NCBI GenBank assembly: GCA_036172245.1
Contig: JAYWIR010000003.1
Coordinates: 6,634,001 to 6,698,000 of the forward strand
DNA: 64,000 bases
Reading direction: 5' to 3'
From: Raillietiella orientalis
Lineage: Eukaryota
Shown here: positions 1 to 11,145 of the stretch, one piece after another
Position numbering within the stretch: the first letter of the stretch is position 1
How the letters are laid out: every line of letters starts with the position of its first letter
Notes under the pieces: model-generated
The model's database searches: none
Seen by the model: the letters and a program-made list of their open reading frames with translations, nothing else
What the model was told of the DNA's origin: nothing
Position numbers and translations under genes: made by a program

Positions 1-438
1 GAGCTCCTTTGATCTGTCTGTGCTACGTTTGCACCGTATTTGCGGATTTTTCTTCTTTTTCCCCCTTTCTGATGCTACTTTTTGAAGCCTGCAAGCAAAC
101 TCAACGCTGGCTGGTGGTTGTCGTGATGCCTGGTTTGCTCAAGTGATCATGGATGCACACATGCCATGCTTTGCCTCGTGGTTGGCACCAGGGGGGTTCC
201 CGTCTTGTCCGGGTGAAATGAGAAATCTGAAGCTTCTGGAGCGATGGGGATCGACAAAGTGGAGTTTACTTCAGAACCAAGGCTCTGGCATATTGCCTCC
301 ACTCTTTCCTCCGACAGTATTTCCAATATCCCTGTTGAATTGACTGAAACTACAGCTGCGCTATTTGAAGAATTGCAAGGGATACATCTCTTGGAAAGGA
401 AATAAATATACGCTAACAACTCATTTCGTACTTTCATC

Positions 439-2637
439 TTATTGTTTTCTTAGTTGCAGAAAATCTGCTGCATTTGAAAAATACTTTGCATTCGCTTCTG
501 CAATCTTTTTCTCTGCTGCCTGGGGATTTATGATTTCCAGTCCCTACAAAACGAGTGTAAGCCTTTCCAAAAACAAAGGTAACGCTCAAATACTTGTAAA
601 GGAGTAAAAGCCACACTTGAGGCTGTCCCAGAAACATGCTTTTTGACAGTAGTGCTACCACCATAAGCTTGCTGTTTTTGTAAATTCTTTTGCAATGCTT
701 TGGAGATTCTAACTTTTGTCTTTTCATCAATCTGGGGCATCCGTATTCTTCCACTTCCAGTTTTACCGATCTGCCCCAAACTAAGCCCCAAATCTTCCTG
801 ATATGCATCTTCTTCTATCTAATCAGAAAAAAGGAATGATTAAGTCTGTTATACGAAGTACTGAAGATAGGCAAAGGTAGGTACCTCGGCAAAAGTGACA
901 CGATTGGCTTGCTTTCTTAGTTCAGTCATTGCATATCTTTCTTTCATGCGCCTGACACGCTTTCCACCTCTTCGCTTTCTTGGAGGATCAACTGGTGCTG
1001 GCAAAGGCTTGATTGGTTTTACAGGTGGAGGTTCCTGAGGTACACATATACATGAGGTAATCACTTTTGCAAATGCATAAACCATTATGTGCTATGCCTG
1101 TAGTTTATCGATTTTCTTCTCAATTTCCTCCTTTAAACATCTTCCAATATACCCATCTGGACTTTCATGAAAATTGTCGACTCGTGCAGCTAGTGTTGAT
1201 TTGCAGGCAACAAGTCTTGCAGCTTTCCTTCTGAGATCCTTTGAGAATCCTATATAAGTGGATAATGCCCAAGACGGTTCTTACTGGGGGCAACAACTGC
1301 ACAAATGGACAATAATATATAAATCCTGTGTGAGGTAGGGTGGCAGTTTGTGAAAATCCAGACAATGCCTTCTTCTGCATACCAAGTAATAATATATTGC
1401 ATGATGGCATTTTTGAAAGATTCGTAAGTCCACCAGCCACTCCTATAAACCACAAACATTTTGGACTTTCATCTTTTCCCTAGCTCACCTACCCATTAAC
1501 TTTGCTGCAGTTGCTGCTCCTAGGATTGCTGATAAATTTGGAGCAATAAAGCTCATGCAACTTTCAACATATGTGTAAATCTTTAACTTGCAATCATTCA
1601 ATTCTATAGCTTCAGTACATGCTTTGTTTATGAAATTTAATTCATCGTTTGTTAACATCTGTCTACATACATATAGATAAAAAGTCAAGAGATCATAATA
1701 CAATCAAATATTTGCATTTTACCCTTGGGTGGTTGATGCAGTTACACTGACAACCATAATGGTAGCTTGAGTTAAATACTGTTGAAGTACTTCATTGTTT
1801 TTGGCTTGTTCAAGATCATTTCCTAACTCTTTCACCGTCATGAGATATGCAAGGGGATCAACAACCAGTGAATCCAGTTCAGGAAAGCGTTTGGAATACT
1901 TATCCTTCACAAGTTCATGAATAGTACCTGAAATTATTGGGATCAGAAACATTCAATTTTGTGGGGAATACTAAGTGACATTAAAGTTCACAATCACCGA
2001 TTTCATTATCAATGTCCACTGCTAAATTGTTAGCTTCCACAATCAACTGATATTCAGGATCACTTTCAACTGGTCCACTAATTTCTTTTATCTTGTTTGT
2101 GTCCAATAGCAAAGTTTCAATTCTACTGATAACATTTTGCAATCTTTGAGAATACCGAAGTTTAGAAATCAAAGCCCCATCTGCATCATCATCGATACCT
2201 GAAAAACAAGGGGTTGTTTTTGTTTCTAAACCAAAAAAAAAAAAAATAACTGCAATGGATCTAAAAAATGCCTAAATATGCAAAAGCACTCTATAAGTGC
2301 AAAAGAATCTCTGAGCTGCATGTGCTTCACAAAACAGAACATTTTGCAAATTTTCCACGTAAACTTGCATCCTTATTAAGTTGAAGATAAGATAAAATCC
2401 TTTTTCCAAAAAAAAAAAAAGAAAAACACTGGTCATTCATTCTTGATTTCTTGTTGGAAAAATCCCTCCTTCCAAAGTTATGTATCAACCTCAGTATATA
2501 AACTTACATAAAGGCATATCATTGAAGACATCCTCATTTTTAATGGTTGTCTGTTGAAGTATATCAACAGGCTCTAAAGCTTTCATATCAATGTCCTCAT
2601 CATCCAAATCTGCTAATAGCTCCTCTGCCAGAGACAT
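439..2637 (-). CDS. PRPF31: U4/U6 small nuclear ribonucleoprotein Prp31, complete 9-exon gene (about 494 aa)
   Basis: Manually spliced exons 2637-2508, 2198-1998, 1927-1723, 1662-1493, 1442-1285, 1238-1098, 1034-885, 818-594, 543-439 give 1485 nt in one frame from ATG ([11 protein letters not shown]) to TAA. Contains Prp31 hallmarks [96 protein letters not shown]. All introns are phase-compatible: seven GT-AG and one GC-AG. Confidence 0.97.
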
Positions 2638-2639
2638 AG

Positions 2640-3400
2640 TGGAGATATCAAAAACCCGCTATTTGATGGGAATCAACTATGCACTTTTGGGGGGGCTTTG
2701 CAGTACAAAGCGTGAACTCTGAAGACACTCTCTATACAGTTCTCTTTGGCACCTGGGGAGAAATAAAAACCCTCTGCGACTTGGAAAAGCACGGAATGGC
2801 ACGCAAAGCGAAACGGGCGGGAGCACGGGAAAACGCGCGGCGACCCCCACCCCCACCCCCACCCCCAGCAGCAAGCCTTCGTTGAATGCTGTGAACCCTT
2901 CGATGCCCGGGGAAGAACCACCCCACCCCATGGGCCGGTTCTTTCATCACACGGAAAAAAGTGCTTCTTTACGGGGAAGTCTGGCACCCCCGACGGTTCC
3001 CGGATCGGCACGAACCGATGCGAGCCCGCGGCGGGGCGATCGGGCCCATTTTGCCCGAACTTTGCAACGATCGACTCGACACCTTCCTCCGCCCCCACCC
3101 CTCTCTCTTTCTTGGGGCCGTCTCAGAATAAGTGACTTAAATCAGACTTTTTCCCGGTGCCACGCGGGTTGGCTCCACGAGTGGCGCCTAACCGATGGGG
3201 GACATTGCACGCGCCAACGTTCACTTCACCACCGGCCCGGCAAGAAGATGTTCCCTTCCACGAATAGAAGTGGAGAGTTTCCCATGAAGGGCTCTCTGCC
3301 AGACGGAGCCCCTGGCAAAGACTGCAACGAGCAGGTAGGCGCGACAGCTTGGAAAATTGAGAAGCGGTCGTGCTCATGACGTCGTTAACCCAAAAAATAA
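2640..3400 (-). promoter_or_regulatory. Probable 5' UTR and CpG-rich promoter region of PRPF31
   Basis: Abrupt switch from the CpG-poor gene body to CpG-rich sequence just upstream of the ATG. A pyrimidine-rich acceptor (tttttatttctccccag on the minus strand, about 2752) suggests a 5' UTR intron. The TSS cannot be determined. Confidence 0.35.
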
Positions 3401-5199
3401 GAAAGGAATTTACTTGCACCGCATTTACTGTGAAACGTGCATTCGCAAGGAAATGGAAGGTTTCCCATGAAATTCTCCGGTGGTAAGAAAATGATGGCGC
3501 GGCTGCCGCCGAGGACAATCAACGCAAACGTGCTCCTGGGCCTTCGCCTCCAGGCATATGAAGGAAGGCATCCAGCGAAAAACCCCAGATCCACAGAAGG
3601 TGAAGAAATCAACTCTTCCCAGGAGCTTCGTGCTGATGAAGAGTTTTTCTTCGAAAGTCGAGTGTGGTTCGATAGGGCACCGACCTACAACCGTGATCTG
3701 CGTTTCTTGCCCGTGATTTACAAGTTCCTGCAAGGTAACCCACATTCACGTGACGTTACGTGATTTATTCTGTGCCATCAAGTCAACACCTCGGAAATAG
3801 GAGGGAAGGAGCCAGAGGCCACTTTTCCAGCAGGAAAGACGCTGAGGTGGAAATGCAAGGACTTCAGATTCCACTGACGCGGAGGCCTCCTTTCGGACAA
3901 CTTCCAATCGGCAAGGACTTGCGCATGGGAACCCGTGACACCGGAAACGGACGCGACGAAGATGCTCGTCTTGGCGAAAACGCACCAAACTCACAAACCT
4001 CAGGAGGGAGGCTTTTATGTGTGTTCGTCCGAAGGAGGAATGCCGAGCTACCTGTTTCGATCGCGTGCCGAAAGTCAAAACGTGTGCAGCACGCAGCGCA
4101 GAAGCGAAGCACAGAAGAAGAAGTACGAACGTCAGCAGCGAAGAAACGCTTTTTTATCTATGAAATAGAAAGCCGTTCTCGAACTCATCTCACGGATGAA
4201 AGATCTAGCCGGTTCGAACGGATAGCAGCCCGTAACTAAGGGCTCAGCACCATCACCGCTGTGAAGAAGTGATACGGAGGTATGCAATCACTTAGTTGCA
4301 TGCGGATGGTTGATTTTTCAGAAAAGCATTCAATTCAATTCTTTCCATCCATTTTGTTTCAAACTGATTACCTTTTCTCTCTTTCTTTTGTCATTGTGAA
4401 CAAAAAGAAGCGTTTGTACCGTGGCCGGTGTGCTCCACAACACGATGGTTCGAATAAAAGAAGCTCAACATCGTGCACAGTGTGCTGCAGAAAGACTTTA
4501 GCTGCTTTGCATTCGTTTTCATCTGATGGACTGAAGCAATGGAACGTGAATGGAGGAGGCGTGCAGGAGGTAAAGAATGCCCCTCGTAGAGAGGACCGGA
4601 AGGTTGGCTGTTTGCGCACCACGTGTGTGGCGCAAGGAATTTGACCCGCGTTCAAAGAACCACCGGCAACGTGAGCAGCTCGGAGTGCCTTTTGCAGGCG
4701 CTTCCTCCGCCGGTCCCAAGGCGAGCCAATTTCGCACGCCTCGCCTGCAGGAACTCCCGCGATCCCCCGCCCCCCCTTCCCGCCCGCTCTCCGAGGGAGT
4801 GGCGACGAAGACGTCAGGAGCGTCCGGCAGGAGACCGGAGATGAACGAAGCTCCTGAAAAACCTGAGGGCCCCCTGCACTGTGGAGAGTCGGCACCTTTG
4901 CACCGGTGATGACTGCCTGCTTGCCCTTTGACCGGATCCGATCCTTTGAAATAAGAGCTTCCTAGACCTAACGAAGAGTTTCCGCTCGGACGGGAGGAGG
5001 CAGAAGGGGAATGCCCGTGCGCCTTCCCCCCCCCCCCCCGCCCACACACTCCTTCCCTGTAGTGGGCCCAACGCTTTGCTCGCGTCGCGCCGGCGGCCCA
5101 CTCTTCCCGGAAGAGCCTGCTGCTCGGTTGCTCCACCGTCTCGGAGGTCCCGCCGCCATTCGAAAAAAACTCAAGGAGGGCGGGGTGGAGGGCAAGGGG

Positions 5200-6330
5200 A
5201 TCGAGTGTGCGCGGCGCAGAAACGAAACGCCATGTGAACTGCGACGGAGCTGGCGCAGATCGAATCTCCCACTCGAACTGACCTTCCTCAAGGTTCGCTT
5301 GTTCCTCCCGTACCCCGCCTCTTCCTGGATGGAAGCTTCGAGACGACGAGCGAGGGGCACGGCGCTTCGCTGGCCCCTGCCGAGGTGTTTCGGCAGCCGA
5401 CCGGACGGACGGGGTCTGCCTCGAAATCTGCAAGTCTGGAAGGAGCGGCGGGAAGCTTGGCGCCGCCACGTTCCGCTTGAGGAGGAAGGAGAGATTCCCA
5501 GGGAACACCTCCTCCAGATCGGGAAGCACAACTTGTTCCCCCAGCCCCCCTCCATCAAGGTGATGACGACACCGCAGGCCAACTTTCCAACAGAGGGCGG
5601 CGGCGAGAAGGCGCAGCTCTACCGGACGTCCGGAGAGCCTTCGGAGTGATCCGAGTGACCGCAGTCCGGCAGGCGAAGGCGTGCGCCCGGCGCCCGCTTT
5701 CGTTTCCAAGGAGCGCAGAGAAAGCCAGGCTGTCGCCGCCTGCGTTGGGGATGCGGATGGAGTGGGAGGGCTGCGTCGCCACCCTGCGATCAGGGTGCAG
5801 CGTGGCGTCGGAGGCCACCGACTCCCCCCCTCCCGGCACACGGAAGCGCGCGCAGGGAGCTTCGGCTGAGAAAGGAAGGAAGGGGAGGGGAGAAGCGATC
5901 TTCGCCCTGCACTTCCCTCCGGCGGTGTCTCTACTCCGGTTGCCAGGCAAACCTGCGGGAGGAAGGGAGGAGGTGCTGCTGCTGCCATGGAACCTCCACC
6001 CCCGCGCTGGCGGCCCATCGACCGGTTACCCTCTGCAGCCAGATGCCAGGCAGGAGAGGCCCCTGTGTGAGGTGGCACAGGGATCTCTCCGCCCACTGGC
6101 CCGGCAGCAGCGACCCGCAACCCCCCATCCTCCGCCCACTGGACCGCGGCGCCATAGCCGACTTGCCGCTGCCCACGTGCGCGGAATGGCGGGGCCCCTT
6201 CGCGTACTGCAGATCGTGGGCGGCAGATCCCGGGGGGCAGGCTGACCCGCCCAGGGGAGGCAACCCGAAGAGGCTGAGACGTAGGGTTCGAGGAACCTGG
6301 CACTACCAGGAAAGGTTGGTTGCATGCCTT
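5200..6330 (+). mobile_element. Decayed L1/Tx1-like non-LTR retrotransposon ORF2 fragment (post-RT region)
   Basis: Frameshifted translation SNLPLELTFLKVRLF...VWKERREAWRRHVPLEEEGEIP resembles the SGLKxN..KS / W..LS..GR segments of L1/Tx1 ORF2. Shares cccactggacc and gaggtggca motifs with the copies at 22.8, 32.0 and 39.2 kb. Confidence 0.5.
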
Positions 6331-7116
6331 CCCTCCCCTCCCCCACGCTCCCTGGCGGGCGGGGCGGCGCGCATCGTTCACCCCGCGGAGAGGAAGAGAA
6401 AAAGGATAGGGGAAAAGGGGGATGGGGCGGAGTATGCCACCCCCACACCTCCGCGGACGAGCCACGCGGCGGCCGCGCAAGCCTTCGCGCCCCGCTGAGG
6501 GTCTTCCAACGTCGGAGGGCGTGCCATCCCCTCGAGCCAGAGGGGGAAGGGAAGTGCGTGAGGGCGTGCCGGAGCCTCAGGACGGGAGCGGATCCGCGGG
6601 GCGACCCGAGGCAATGGGATTCCCGAGCCGGGGAGGCTCCGTCGCACCCCGCGTCGAGGGAGGAAAACCGCCGCGGTCTCTCCCTCCCTCTCCCCCCGCC
6701 AGGGAGCGCAGAGGCATTTCCGCTCCCCGACCCTCCTTCCCCTGGCCTCGAGGAGTTCCCCCCGCGGTGCGGCAGCGCCACCCTGCCCCCAAGTGGGGGG
6801 CGGGGAGAGTGACCTTGACTCTTCGGACCTCGATCCTGCCCGCGTCCAGGCACTCCATCCGGGAGCGGACCTTCCTGCCCTTCCCTGCCGTGATGCCCCT
6901 GGTGGCCCTAGGAGGACGCGCCCGCACCCCTCCGCCATCCCAACCCTTGTCCTCCCCTACGCCCCTCCCCCCCCCCTCTCCCTCGCTGCTCCGCCGAGGC
7001 GGCGGAGGGGAGGCGGAAGGAGGGCCTGTCCCCGCCCCATTCCCCCTCTCCCGGAGGGCTCGTCTCTGATGCTTCTCTCTTCGTCTTGTGCGTTTGGCTC
7101 GCTCCTGCCCCGTCTG

Positions 7117-10100
7117 CTAGCGCCACTCGTAGCAGTGGCACTCGCGGAGCTGCCGCCCCCGCCGGCAGGAGCAGCAGCAGCAGCAACATCGCTGCGGCCG
7201 GGTGCCGCCGCGGTCCGAGCTGCGGTCCTCCAGCGACTCCGTGGACTCGCTCCGCCCTTCCGGTAAGGGGCGGCGCCGGCGGCGGCGCTCTCGCCGCCTC
7301 GAACGCCTGTCGCTTCCGGTCGGGGAGCCTGCCCGCGCGGGAGGGAGAGTGAGGAGAGGGGGCGGCCGTCCGGGCGGGCGAGTGGGGGGAGAAGACCCTG
7401 GCGTCACCGCCGCCGCACCCTCCTCCCTTGACGTCACCTCTTCGTCTGTCCCCGGAAGGGGTGGGGGCGTGCCTTCCTCTCCTCGGCGAGACGCGGCGGC
7501 GGCGCGGGCGGCTCCTCCTCCTCTGCCGCCCGAGGGTCCTTTCTCGGGAGGAGATGTCCGTGGGAGGCGTGGGCGGAAGAGGCGTGGGCGGAAGAGGCGG
7601 CGGCGGCGTCCGGCGGAGGGCGTCCCCCTTCAGGGAGCCCATCTGGAAGGAGAACCTCTTCCCGCTCTTTTCCCCGGAGGGGGAAGGCTGGGAGAGCGAC
7701 GGGGAACCTGGAGCGAGCGGAGCAGCTCCTTCAGGGAGTCCCTGATTTCCTCGACCAGCTGGATGAAGCTCTCGTCCTAAAGGATCGGGTAAGGGGGAGG
7801 AGGGAGAACGGGAAGCGGCGGCAGCGCACTCGCGCGGACAGGCGACGAACTGCTCGGGCGCGGGGGGAGCCGCAGCGCCCGCGAGACGCCCGGACGTGTG
7901 AGAGCACCGCGGCGGAGGCGGAAGCTGGAGGCGGAGCAAGAGGAGGAGGCACGACTACCCCTTCGCTTGCTTCTGCTCAAAGCACGACGTTTCCTGCGCC
8001 CTCACCCCTTCGGCTGCCACCTGCCCTCTCGGGACGCCTGCACAAGTTCCGAACGCCCCCGGCAGATGTCCGCACTTTGCTCTCCTCCGCCCTCCTTCGC
8101 CCTGCTCCCTTCCCGCCTGGTACAGGATTCCCCCAGGAAGACACAAGAGGAGGAGACCATCCCAGTAGCCTCGGGAACCCAATGGTCAAGGAAGCGGTGG
8201 TGGACGCGAAGCATCGACTCCCCTTTTTCTCGATCCCGCTGGATGGCGCCGTACGTAGTTCCTGAAGTCAATGAGAGATGGCACTCACCGTCCCACCCGC
8301 TGCTTCGCGTCGCGCCTTGCATGTACGAGCGCGCTGCTAACGCTCCCCTCCCCTCCTGGCTTCCAGGAAGCAGGAACAGAGAGAGAATAGGTTTCACACG
8401 TGTTTCTCCCCCCATCCCCCGACGCCCGGGGGCGAGATGTGCCTCTCTCTGCGCTTCTTTCCCGCGCGCTTCAGGAAATGCCTCCGCCGCCTCCTGATCG
8501 ACACACCGTCCGGCGCTTTCCTTCTTTCCTTGTAGTCTGGAGCTAGTCATCCCTAGCGACGAGGCGCGTGCCTCCTGCCCCACCTTGCTTGCAGAAATAA
8601 AGGACGGAAGGGGGGAAAGGAGGGTTTTCTTTGGGGGGTTGAAGAGGTTGCGCGCACGAGAGCTCACACTAAGAGGACCGGCGAGATGTCGCAGAGCGGC
8701 GGGGCTGGCGGCGGGAAACAGATTGTTCCGACGCGGTGATGCTGCTCAACGGGGCTCATCTGTTGCTGTCTCCGACGTAGGCGCCGAGGGGGAAGCAAGC
8801 AGGCAGGCACGGGGCCCCTCCCCCTCCCTCCCCCGGCACCGTCTCGTCGTTGTCGCCTTTATGATCTCAGACCTCCCCCTCCTTGCCCGCAACAGCTGAG
8901 AGAAGCGTGCAGCAGCGTTCGTCTCCCACGACCCCCGCCTCCAGACGCACGCGTGCAAGGGGGGAGGGGGCATCCCTACCGTCGCTTCCTCGCCTTGTCG
9001 AGCCATGCTCGTTCCTCCGGGAGCGGCGGAGCGCCCCTTGCGGAGGACCCTAGAAAGCTTCAACCCCTTTCTGGGCTGGTGAACGCGTCGCGTCGGAGGA
9101 AAAGGAGGAGGGGGAAAGCAGAACCCCTGTCGGCTCTCCCCCCCTCCCCTTTTGTTCCCCCCCCTCTCGCGCTCGCTACCGCGTCCCGCGCGCTGCTCCT
9201 TCTACCTGCATGCTTCTCGTCTCCTGCAGCTGGTAGGGGTCGCGGTGGCGGCGTCCGGTCCTCCTGGGCGGGGGCGCGAATTCCTCCAGGCCACACTACT
9301 CGGGGGGGAGGAGGGAAGAGAGGAGGAGTGGAGAAGGGGGCAGTGAGAGAGAAAAAGGACGCTCGTGAGAAACCAGATGTGGAACGGCGGGGGTCGGGCA
9401 TGCCAATGGGGTGGGCGGGGGTACGGGGGTGGTTCTTACCTCATCTCGGATGCAGACGAGGACCCTGCGCATCCGGTCCACCTCCTCCCGCAGTGAGCGC
9501 AGCTCCTCGTGGCATCGGACCAGCTCCTCGGCGCTGCCCTTCGGGGGCTTTTTCTGAGACAGAAAAAGGGGGCGCACAGGTCAGAAGGGTGCATGAGAAG
9601 GAATCCCGCCCCGCCCCGCCCTCCGTTCGAACTGGGTTGCTGCGGGGTGCTTCCGCCAGGCGGCCACGAGAGAGGAACGCCCTCCTCCCCCCTTCTTCGG
9701 AAGGGGAGTGATAAGGTGGGGAGGGGGAGGGAAAGGAGGGAGATGCAGCCAGCGAGCCAGAGGACCGCGTCGCGAACCGTGCCGTCCTCCCCCTCCCCTC
9801 TCTCCCTACCTCCGGGGAAATGCCGCAAGTGGGGTCTCCTTCCGCACCCCACCGCCTCAAGGCACAGCCCCTCCGCCTGCCCCTGGACTCCTCCTTGCCT
9901 CTCCATCGACTCCAATCGTCCGTGAGTCGGCAGCGAGACCTACGGACGATATAGTCTTCCCCATTCTCTCCAAGGCAGCAGCAGCACTCCCGGACGCTCT
10001 CTGCGCGTTCGGGACAACTGGGGGAGAGGGGAGGAGCGTTGCGGATCCTCACCGCCCTCCTCCCTCCCGTGGACCTTCCGTGGGCCACCAGGGAACTTTC

Positions 10101-11145
10101 GGTCGCGAAGGGGCAGCGGCTGGGAGGCGGTGCTGCCGTCACTGACCGCGGACGAGGGTCCTCCTCTTCCTTCCCTCCTCCTGCTCACTCCTCTGTTTGA
10201 GGCAGTGGCAGGGGGGGGGAAATCTGGAAAGGGCGACCGGGTCATCCCCCTCCCACCTTTTTACCTTTCTCCGGCGCCTGCGCAGGATCCAGGAGCCCAG
10301 GTAATAGCAGCAGCAGCATAGGAGGAGGAGAAGCAGCAGGACCAGGAGCGCCCAGGCGACGGTTTCCAAGGTGATCGCGGGCTCCGCCGTCTCGGGCCGC
10401 TCCTCGGCGGTGACATTCTTCTTGAGGGCTTCCGCCGCCGTCTTCTTCTCCTTCTTCTGCTGCTGACGGTCCTCCCGCTTCTTCGCCGCCTTCTGCTTCT
10501 CCGCCCGCTTGGCTCTCCCGGGTTTCCCCTTCGGGCCGGCGGCCCTCTCGGGCTTCGAGGGGTCGCCCTTCTGCCTGCAAAGCAGGGGGGGAGGTGGGGA
10601 TGGGTTCCATGCGCTGAGCCTTCGAGGGTGCTGCTGGACAGCGCCGTCGCGGAGGCGACCCGCAAGCGCGCCGCCGCTCGGGAGGAGGGAGCGAAGGGAA
10701 CTCCGCCCCTCCCTCGCCCGAGTGGTCAAGGGGACTCCCCATCCTCAGGTGGAGGTGGGATCGGAGTCAGGGTCAACGATGATGCCCGCTCTTACCCCAT
10801 ATCCACCCCACCACCCCCACTGTCCCGAGGAGGGTGCGGGGTCTCCCTGGTCCGCTCCTGCCCTTCTCCCGGTTCCGCGACGCGGGGAGATGCTTCGCAG
10901 GAGGTTCCCTTCGTCCCACCGACCGGGAATGGATGGGGGTGGGCGGGAAGGGCTCGAGGCGCGCTCCCGGCTTCTCCCGGAAGGGGCGATTAGCCGCCGC
11001 AAGGACAGGGAGTCGAAGGAAGACCGCGCACCCCCACTCTCCTCGAGGAGGACCTAGGGAGGACAGGGACGCTATCCCCCTGGGCGTTCCCCCTCCCCCT
11101 CCCTTCCCGCAACCGTTCTTACCTTTCTCCTTTCATGAGTTCCAT
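7117..11145 (-). CDS. Putative multi-exon orphan gene: basic N-terminal region, single TM helix with Cys cluster, coiled coil, Pro/Arg/Cys-rich C-terminus
   Basis: Phase-compatible AG/GT-bounded exons: 11145-11123 (uncertain start), 10574-10265 (…ETVAWALLVLLLLLLLCCCCYYLGSWILRRRRRK), 9553-9440 (…EELVRCHEELRSLREEVDRMRRVLVCIRDE, donor gtaaga), possibly 9229-9206, then 7776-7708 (DESFIQLVEEIRDSLKELLRSLQ), 7642-7438 and 7328-7117 (ends …CCCCCCSCRRGRQLRECHCYEWR-TAG). The main exons have a strong G/C third-position bias. The internal exon set and start codon are uncertain, and I recognise no homolog. Confidence 0.5.

Noticed and set aside
3437..4240. Adjacent plus-strand ORFs upstream of PRPF31 as a divergent gene
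   Set aside because: No recognisable product and no consistent exon chain could be built.
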